A stretch of DNA of 64,000 bases, taken from the NCBI RefSeq assembly GCF_009914755.1, contig NC_060933.1; one strand, 5' to 3'. The stretch is from the human T2T-CHM13v2.0 reference genome, Homo sapiens. Below the pieces are notes generated by a model. The model saw only the letters and a program-made list of their open reading frames with translations. It was not told the DNA's origin and made no database searches. The translations under genes were made by a program, and so were the position numbers. Positions 54,404-64,000 of this stretch are shown here, in pieces. Position 1 is the stretch's first letter, and every line of letters starts with the position of its first letter.

Positions 54404-56586
54404 TAAAGATGCATTTGAGCCTAGCTATAATGATTTAAAATTAATGGTCCCAGACCGCGATTACTTTTGCACCAACCTAGTAGCTACATAAAAGGGATGT
54501 AAATCACAAGTGGCACCCTTAGAGAATCATTGCTTCTGGTAGAAGAAGAGATATATAAAGAAAAGAATACCCATTGGAGACAAGACAATGACGAGAAAAA
54601 AAGACATTTAAGAGGGGAAAAATGAAGCCCTGCTAGACTAAGGAAAAACTGTAAGATATTCTAACCACTCTTTTTTCCCCACCACCACTATTAGTGATCT
54701 CACCATTAAAGAAACTACATTTACTAAAAGGAGCAAACAAGGTATGTGCTCTTAAATTAGAAAGACTTCATGAAACACCAAGAAGTAGAAAAACCTCAGA
54801 CTAACTTTGTATAAAGCTGCTGTATTAAGTATAGCGAGAATAAAAATAAACTGATTATAAAGTTTTTCACAACAAAAGAACTTCAAAATGGAAGGCAATT
54901 GTGACACACCTTTCTAAATCCTCAAACAAGCAAAAACAAATGTTAAACAAAAATGGAATACAAAAATTCAAAAATTAAGAGTGGATTTGGATCAAATATT
55001 GAAAAAAGGGATTAAATACAATCAGAGTTGATTCAATGAAAGGAAAAAATAAGTTGAAATAGAGTCAATTTTAACTTTAAAATGAAAAATAGGAATTTCT
55101 GAAAATAATGATGAAAAAAATACAGAACTAATGTCACACATTTTAAGTGGTGACCTTAGATTCCTAACTAAAAATGCTAGAAAAAAAAGTGATTAAAAAG
55201 AAAACACCATAAAGAAAATAATACATGTTAGAGAACAAAAAAAGCAAATAATAGAAAAGTAGCTGATCATATTATAAATGAAATCATGGTTTCTGAACAA
55301 AGAAGACAAATGAGTAACTAATTTGATTAATAACGGGAGAGAGAGCACCAATATAAAAAACTAAAAAAAATGAAAAATATCCACACATAAGAAATTTTAA
55401 AAATCATACATTACTACTTGGTATACTACTATACAAATATGAAAACCTAGATGAACAAAATAACTTCCTAGGCAAATATACTTTTCCAAAATAAATCACA
55501 ACAGAGGATTAAGAAGACCAATTTCCAAATACATGGAAATATAGAAAGTTATACAGCAGATACTTCATTGAAAAGCACTAGTACTAGATGGTTCTACAGA
55601 GACATTCAACAAATGTTTGAGGAAGAGGTAGTATTACTTCTAAATAACTTCAGACCATTACAAAAAATTCCAAATTCATTTTATAGACAAAATATAAATT
55701 TGCTACATTAAACGACGAAGATAGCACAAAAAAATAGGTAAATATCACTTATGAATATTGATCTAAGCTCTACTATAGGAAACTAGAAAAATAAAAACAA
55801 TTAAAAAACAAAGTAAAAGAATGATTATAAACATAAGAGCAGAAATTAATAAAATATAAACTGGACAAATAATAGAAAAATCAATGAAATCAAAAGCTAT
55901 TTTGTAATGGTCAATATAATGGATACAACTCTAGCCAGATTTATTAGGGATGAACATCATTGAAAACACTAGACTCAATTACAGTCAATGAGAGAATGTT
56001 ACAAAAAGGTTAAGCCAGCATATAAACAACACAAAATTTATGAATTCTTCAAAAATAAAAAATTACAAAACTGTTCCAATCATAACTAGATCCTCTGAAC
56101 AACCAGTATTTCTCAAAGCTTAAGAACCTGTAATTAAAATTCTCACTACAAATAAATCACTAGTAAAGAACACTAGTAAATACTAAAACAATTTAAAGAA
56201 GAAATATAACAAATTCTCTACTATTTATCACAAATAATAGATGAGGCAGGACGACTTTTAAACTCATTCCTTGAAACCAACATTATCCTTAATAATAAAG
56301 CAAAAAACATAAGAAAACTAGAGACTAGTACTCATCAACATAAATGCAAACATTCTTAAAACAATTAAGTGATTTTATATATATATATGATTATACATCA
56401 TGACCATATGTGTGTTTTTTTTCCCCAGAAATGGAATATTCAATATTCAAAAATAGATTAATGCAGTTCCTCATATGAACACATAAATAATAAAAAAGAT
56501 ATGATTATTTCAATGGATGCAGAAGTAACATTGACAAAATTTTCAACCCTCATAAATGTAAACATTCTTTAAAAACTGGTAATGAT

Positions 56587-56894
<308 letters not shown>

Positions 56895-57421
56895 AAAAAC
56901 TGGTAATAATGTAAGGATATTAACTCAAACTTATAAGGGGCAAATATGTGAAACCTACACCTAACATCATACATGATGGTAAAGACTGAAAGCTTTCTCC
57001 AAAACACCAGGATCAAATTACCCTGGCAGTCTCAGTATTTACAGTGGCACTAGAAAAGATAATAAAAACATACAGACTAGAAAAAGTTATTTTAGGCAAT
57101 GTAATTATATATTTAGACAGTCTTAAGGAATCTACACACAAAAAAATAATAAAACTAATTGAATTTAGTAGGCAGAAGACAAGGTTGTACACACAAAAAA
57201 ACTGTAATTCTATATTCTAATAATGAACAGTTGTAAATTGAGGTTAAATACAAACCATCAACAAAAATATGATGTATAAAATACTTGTGGATAAATATAA
57301 CAAAGTATCTATCAGATATGTGCACTGAAAACTACAAAACCTTGTTGAGAGAAATCAAATGTCTAATAGAAAAACATACCAATCAGGTTCATGAATCGAA
57401 AGACTCAAAATACATATCGTT

Positions 57422-57720
<299 letters not shown>

Positions 57721-58156
57721 TTGTAAGCGAGAAAAACAACACCATTAAAAAGTGGGCAAAGGACATGGACAGACACTTCTTAAAATACGACATACGTGCA
57801 GTCAACAAGCATATGAAAAAAAGCTCAGTATCACTGATTATTAGAGAAATGCAAATCAAAACCACAATGAGATGTCATCTTACACCAGTCAGAATGGCTA
57901 CTATAAAAAAGTCAAAATATAACAGATTCTGGAGAGGCTGCAAAGAAAAAGGGAACACTTACACACGTTGGTGGGAGTGTCAGTTAGTTCAACCATTGTA
58001 GACAGCAGTATGGCGATTCTTCAAAGAGCTAAAAACAGAATTACCATTTGACCCAGCCATTCCATTATTGATTATATACCCAGAAGAATATAAATCATTC
58101 TTCCATAAAGATACATGCACGTGAATGTTCATTGCAGCACTATTCACAATAGCAAA

Positions 58157-58961
58157 TGAAACAGGAAATGTTCCCTTGTTCCCCTTGCAGGGCATGCGAT
58201 GAGGGTGTGGCTCGCTTCGTCAGTGCCCCACTGCTCAAACCTCTAGGGGAGCATACAAAAGGGCAGAGGGTGTGGGGCTCCGACCCCACCGCAGTGTCTA
58301 GGCATAAATTGTTTACAGTTGAAGCCCCAGTGGGCAACCCAGGGTACTCTTTTAGCTTGCCATCTATAGGCGGCTTGTGTTAACCAGCTCAATTAGACCT
58401 CCTTTCTTATCACAAGGACAGAGGGATTTCTGTATCCCGGGGTTTCTTGCCTTGGTGGACCAGAAGAACTGGATCACACATGGGCTTGGAGAATGAGTAC
58501 AAGGTTTTATTGAGTAGAAGTGGCTCACAGCAGATGGGGGAGCCAGAAGGGAGATGGTTTTCCCCTGAAGTCCTGCCGCGTGGTGGCCCAACTCTCCTCT
58601 GACCACTCCAGCCAAACTCCAGTTGTTCCCCTGGTCAATGGCCTGCTGGCCTGCCGGTGCCTGTCTTCGTGCTCTACCTCTGGCGGGCTCTCGACGACCA
58701 GCCACTCGTGTCTTCTTGGGCCCATGTGTTTCTCACCATGTTCAGCTTTCTCGGGTTTTTATAGGCCCAGGATGGAGGCATGGCAGGCCAGGGTGGTCTT
58801 GGGAAATGCAACATTTGGGCAGGAAATGCCTGTCCTCACCTAGGTCTGTGGGGATGGAGCCCTAGCCAAGGGGCCCACCTTTCTCTACCCAGCACTTCCC
58901 TTCTTCCATTCAATATCATTTAAAGGGACCACGCTCTTCCCTTCCCAGCACTCCTGTATCA
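58157..58961 (-). mobile_element. LTR1 (HUERS-P2 group) solo LTR
   Basis: Minus strand begins TGATACAGGAGTGCTGGGAAGGGAAGAGCGTGGTCCCTTTAAATGATA; perfect 4-bp TSD CAAA 58153-58156/58962-58965. Confidence 0.9.
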
Positions 58962-59317
58962 CAAAGACATAGAATCAACCTAAATGTCCATCAATGATAG
59001 ATTGGATAAAGAAAATGTGGTACATATACACCACGGAATACTTTGTAGCCATAAAAATTAATGAGATCATGTCTTCTGCGGGAACATAGACAGAGCTGGA
59101 GGCTATTATCCTCAACAAACTAACGCAGGAATAGGAAACCAAATACCACATGTTCTCACTTATAAGTGGGAGCTAAATGATGAGAACTTATGAACACAAA
59201 GGAAACAACAGACCCTGGGGTCTGCTTGAGCTGGGGAGGGTGAGAGAAAGGAGGGGAGCTGAAAAGATAACTATTGGGTACTGGGCTTAATACCTGGGTG
59301 ATGAAATAATATGTACA

Positions 59318-59620
59318 GACCAGGCACGGTGACTCACACCTGTAATTCCAGCACTTTGGGAGGCCAAGGTGGGCAGAACACCTGAGGTCAGGAGTTCAAG
59401 ACCAGCCTGGGCAACATGGTGAAACCCCATCTCTACTAAAAATAAAAAAATGAGCTGGGCATGGTGGTGTATGCCTGTAATCCCAGCTACTCAGGAGGCT
59501 GAGGCAGGAGAATCACTTGAAATCAAGAGGCAGAGGTTGCAGTGAGCCGAGATTGTGCCACTGCACTCCAGCCTGGGTGATAGAACAAGATTCTGTCTCA
59601 AAGAAAGAAAAAAAAAATAA
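59318..59620 (+). mobile_element. AluSx-like
   Basis: Perfect TSD GAAATAATATGTACA 59303-59317/59621-59635. Confidence 0.95.
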
Positions 59621-59759
59621 GAAATAATATGTACAACAAACCTCCATGACACGTGTTTACCTGTGTAACAAACCTAAAATACAAGTTTAAGAGAAGACAA
59701 GAAAAAAAAAGACAGTTCTAACCAAACTCTCTTTTAAATTCAGTGCAAGTTCAATCAGG

Positions 59760-59761
<2 letters not shown>

Positions 59762-59797
<36 letters not shown>
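59762..59797. repeat. (GT)18 microsatellite
   Basis: Perfect dinucleotide run. Confidence 0.95.
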
Positions 59798-59799
<2 letters not shown>

Positions 59800-60090
59800 A
59801 CCTGCAGGGATAAACAAGTTTATTCTACAATTTATTTGGAAATTCAAAAGACTTAGAATAATAAAAATGATTTTTACAAAAGAAGAATAAAGATAGAATA
59901 TGTTACCTGATTCCAAAACTTATTTTAACTTAAAAGCACTTAATTAAATGTAGTATTGCTATAAAGATAGGTGCAAAGATCAGTGAAATTGAACAGATAA
60001 TATGAACAGATAAATGAACTGCACATATAGTCTCAATTTATTTTTATAAAGATGTCATGGTAATTCAGTGGGGAAAATGATAAACTTTTT

Positions 60091-60926
60091 TTATTATTAT
60101 TATACTTTAAGTTTTAGGGTACATGTGCACAATGTGCAGGTTAGTTACATATATATACATGTGCCATGCTGGTGTGCTGCACCCATTAACTCGTCATTTA
60201 GCATTAGGTATATCTCCTAATGCTATCCCTACCCCCTCCCACCACCCCACAACAGTCCCCAGAGTGTGAAGTTCCCCTTCCTGTGTCCATGTGTTCTCAT
60301 TGTTCAATTCCCATCTGTGAGTGAGAACATGTGGTGTTTGGTTTTTTGTCCTTGTGATAGTTTACTGAGAATGATGATTTCCAATTTCATCCATGTCCCT
60401 ACAAAGGATATGAACTCATCATTTTTTATGGCTGCATAGTATTCCATGGTGTATATGTGCCACATTTTCTTAATCTAGTCTATCATTCTTGGACATCTGG
60501 CTTGGTTCCAAGTCTTTGCTACTGTGAATAGTGCCGCAATAAACATACGTGTGCATGTGTCTTTATAGCAGCATGATTTACAGTCCTTTGGGTATATACC
60601 CAGTAATGGGATGGCTGGATCCAATGGTATTTCTAGTTCTAGATCCCTGAGGAATCGCCACACTGACTTCCACAATGGTTGAACTAGTTTACAGTCCCAC
60701 CAACAGTGTAAAAGTGTTCCTATTTCTCCACATCCTCTCCAGCACCTGTTGTTTCCTGACTTTTTAATGATCGCCATTCTAACTGGTGTGAGATGGTATC
60801 TCATTGTGGTTTTGATTTGCATTTCTCTGATGGCCAGTGATGATGAACATTTTTTCATGTGTCTTTTGGCTGCATAAATGTCTTTTTTGAGAAGTGTCCG
60901 TTCATATCCTTTGCCCACTTTTTGAT
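60091..60926 (-). mobile_element. 5'-truncated young L1PA (L1PA3-like)
   Basis: TSD GAAAATGATAAACTTTTT 60073-60090/60927-60944 at a TT/AAAAA endonuclease site; ORF2 cysteine-rich C-terminus. Confidence 0.95.
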
Positions 60927-61731
60927 GAAAATGATAAACTTTTTAAGGAACCAGGTTGTATTAACTGCATATTCATTTGGGAGTAAAAAGAAGTTTGGCC
61001 ATGAACTAATGTCACAAACATTAACCTAAAATAGGTCATAAAATGAATTGTAAAATATAAAGCTATATAACTTTTAGTGGAATATATGTGAGAAAATTGT
61101 TGTCAATACAAGATAGGCAAAGTTGTCTTTGACATGACAAAAAGTAAAAAACTATAAAAGAAGAAAAAAGTAAAAAACTTTTAAATTCATCAAAATTAAA
61201 GACTTCCACCTTCTGAAAGACACTTCTAAGGAAAATACCAAAGACAAGATGCAGATTGGGTAAGAAATATCATAATACATTAGATGAAAATGTATTTGTA
61301 ATATATTAAAAACTCATAACTCTGTCATAAAAGAAAAACAACCCAATAAAAATGGGCAAAATAGTCAAACAAAAATTCACTAGAGATGTTATACAAATGG
61401 CCAATATAAGCACATAAAAAGGAACCTAATGTCAACAGTCAGTTCAACATGAACACACGTATTGAAACTACAATGATACACCATCACAAAACCACAAAAA
61501 TGTGTAAAAAGATTGACAGCACTTAGTATTGGAGAGGATATGAAGAAAACTGAACTCTCATACACTGTCGGTGGAGATGCAAAATGTTTCAGCCACTTTG
61601 TAGTAGAGTTTGGCAGTTTCATATAAAATTAAAGACACACTTACCATAAGAATAATTAATTTTACTCCTAGATATTTCCCCAAGAGAAATGAAACTATGT
61701 GTCTGCACAAAGGCTTGTGTACAAATATTCA

Positions 61732-61897
61732 TTTTTTTGAGAGAGGAGGATCTTGCTGTGTTGCCCAGGCTGGAGTGCAGTGGCTATCAACAGGCATGTT
61801 CATAGCTCACTGCAGCTTCTAACTCCTGGCCTCAAACCATTCCCCCACCTCAGCCTCCTGAGTAGCTAGTATTACAGGAATGTGCCACTGCACCCAC
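61732..61897 (-). mobile_element. FRAM / AluJ right monomer
   Basis: Single monomer; TSD TGTGTACAAA(T/C)ATTCA 61716-61731/61898-61913. Confidence 0.88.
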
Positions 61898-62674
61898 TGT
61901 GTACAAACATTCATAATAGGTTTACACATAATAACCGAAATTTTCCAAAATCAAAATGCCATCAAGAAAGAATTAATCAACAAATTGCACATTCATAAAA
62001 TAGAATAATATTAACAGCAATAAAAAGTACTGATTGACTAGTAAAAATTACTATATATTAATCATTAAAGACACTAAGCTAAGCAAAAGAAGTCAGGCAC
62101 ACACAAGTAAGTACAGGGTAATTTTATGTGTATAAAATTTTAGAATTGACAAAAATATATAGTGATACAAAGAAAAACATTTTTCATATAATGGAAGTTT
62201 TCAGCAATCATGCAAAAGGACAACAGAGAAATATGAGCATAACAAAAACGTTCTATATTTTGATTCTGTTGTGTGCTTTTCTCAAAATTTATCAACCATT
62301 CAATGCATCTAAATGAGTGTATCTTATGTAAAATATACTGTAATAGTAATTTGACCAGGATCCATATTGACGCACATAGATTAAAATTCCGAATAAAATG
62401 ATTTCTGAGTCTGTATTGATTGCAGATAAATAAAGAGAAAGACAAGTATGCTATAAACAAATCCTTTTCTAACAATAGAATACTGACTAAAACATACAAA
62501 ATAGATTATAAATTGGAAAATTACTATTTTAGAATGAAGGCAGTAAATTTCATTCCGGTGAAAATTATCAATAGATGATAAAACCATAGAGTGGAAAGGT
62601 TATTGAGGAACAGGAGATTTACAGTCTCCAGTAGCACCCCCACAGTAACTAAATGGTGGAGGAATCATAAAATA

Positions 62675-63513
62675 CAATAGCGCCCTTTATCTGTGTTTTC
62701 AGTTTCTGCAGTTTCAGTTAAGTGTGGTCAACAGTAGTCAAAAAATATTAAATAAAAATTCCAAAAACAAACAATCCATACTGGCACAATGGCTCATGCC
62801 TTTAATCCCAGCACTTTGGGAGGCTGAGGCAGAGAATTGCTTCAGGCCAGGAGTTCAAGACACCAGCCTGGGTAACATAGTGAGACTCTATCTCTACAAA
62901 AGTTAAATTAGCTGGGTGTGATGGTGTGAGCCTGCTGTCCCAGCTACTCAGGAGGCTGAAGCAGGAGGATCACCTGAGCCCAGGAGTTGGATGCTGCAGT
63001 GAGCTATGATCACACCATTGCACTCCAGCCTCGGTGACACAGTGAGACACTCTGAGACACTGTCTCTAAAAAACAAACAAACAAACAAAACATAAATTGC
63101 CCTTCTGAGTCGCATAATGAAATCTTGCTTTATCCTGCTCTGTCCTGCCCGGGTGATGAATCCTCCGATTTGTTCAGCATATCTGTGCTGTATAGTCTAC
63201 CTGCCTGTCTGCCCGTTAGTCACTTAGCAGTCATCTTGGTGATCAAATCAACTTTTCATTTACTTGTGTTCAAGTTTTACTTAATAAGGGCTGCATGTGC
63301 AAGAGCAGTGATCCTGGCACATTTTTATAATTCTTCTATTTTATTGTTAGATGTTTTTAATGTCTTACTGTGTCTAGTTTATAAATTAAACTTTACCATA
63401 GGTATAAATGTTAAGGAAAAAAACACAGTATATATAGGGTTTCATTGTATCCATTTCAGGCATGCACTGGGGGTCTTGGAACATATCTTCAGTGGATAAG
63501 GGGGGGACTACTG
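62675..63513 (+). mobile_element. MER44 (Tigger7-derived), split by an AluJ
   Basis: TIRs CAATAGCGCCCTTTATC..GGATAAGGGGGGGACTACTG; GTTTATAAATTAAACTTTACCATAGG. Confidence 0.88.
62781..63080 (+). mobile_element. AluJ
   Basis: GGAGGATCACCTGAGCCCAGGAGTTGGATGCTGCAGTGAGCTATGATC; (CAAA)n tail merging with the TSD. Confidence 0.9.
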
Positions 63514-63526
63514 TTCCATAACAAAG

Positions 63527-64000
63527 TGTGGTGAATAGACTCTTAGATGGTGCCTAGTTATACCCTCCTCCTCATAGTTATGTCATGTGTAACTCCATCT
63601 CTTCAAGTGTGGGCAGCATCTGCCATTTAAATCAATAAAATAGAGTAAACTAGGTTATGGACACCACTTACAATATTATATTACATAAAGTTGTAATCCA
63701 TCTTGCTAGTAGACTCTTTTCCTTCTTGGTTTTGATGAAGCAAGCTGCTGTGTTATTGGTTACCCTATTAAGAGTTCCATGTAGCTGACAGAGGTCTCAG
63801 ACCTTCAACCAGCAAGAAATTGGGGCCTTCAGTCCTATTGCCTGCAAGGGACTGAATTCTTCCAATAACCATATGAGCTTTAAGGAAGATCCTTTTTTGC
63901 AGTTGAGCCTTGAAAGCATACTACGGCCTTGACCAATGCCTTGATTGCACTAATGAGAGATTCAGAAAGAAAGGACTCTGTTGAGCCATGCCAAGGCTCT
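63527..64000 (+). mobile_element. MLT1E/F-type MaLR LTR, truncated by window end
   Basis: TGTGGTGAATAGACTCTTAGATGG start; GCAAGGGACTGAATTCTTCCAATAACCATATGAGCTT. Confidence 0.8.

Larger units (their letters stand above)
53029..54480 (+). mobile_element. Hsmar1 mariner DNA transposon, near full length, both ITRs present
   Basis: Left ITR TTAGGTTGGTGCAAACGTAATTGCAGTTTT; right ITR AGACCGCGATTACTTTTGCACCAACCTAG followed by TA; transposase relic between them. Confidence 0.97.
57727..59690 (+). mobile_element. 5'-truncated L1PA (L1PA15/16-like) 3' part, split by LTR1 and an Alu
   Basis: ORF2 C-terminus ([24 protein letters not shown]); 3' UTR AAGATAACTATTGGGTACTGGGCTTAATACCTGGGTGATGAAATAAT. Confidence 0.88.

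Overview
Primate (very probably human or great-ape) gene-poor, AT-rich DNA, mostly interspersed repeats. I recognise no protein-coding gene, RNA gene or CRISPR array, and nearly all long ORFs fall inside L1, Alu, LTR or mariner relics. Main contents: (1) an old L1M-type LINE (~3.0-16.4 kb) split by nested insertions: an LTR12-like LTR, an LTR10, a MER44 itself split by an LTR, a complete THE1C and a full-length ~6.5-kb L1PB; (2) a complete THE1D/MSTA element carrying an LTR12D/E solo LTR; (3) a 5'-inverted (twin-primed) L1PA; (4) a near full-length Hsmar1 mariner disrupted by an L1 3' end; (5) a second nested L1M cluster at 55-63.5 kb; (6) many Alus. The best candidate for something undescribed is a minus-strand LTR-initiated spliced transcript. 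An MSTA-type LTR (43390-43762) has an intact ACT|GTGAGT donor that would join in frame to a non-repetitive 245-nt exon-like segment (42175-42419). This is an inference from splice signals and phase only. Repeat family names come from recalled consensus sequences, not a database search; boundaries without target-site duplications (TSDs) are approximate.
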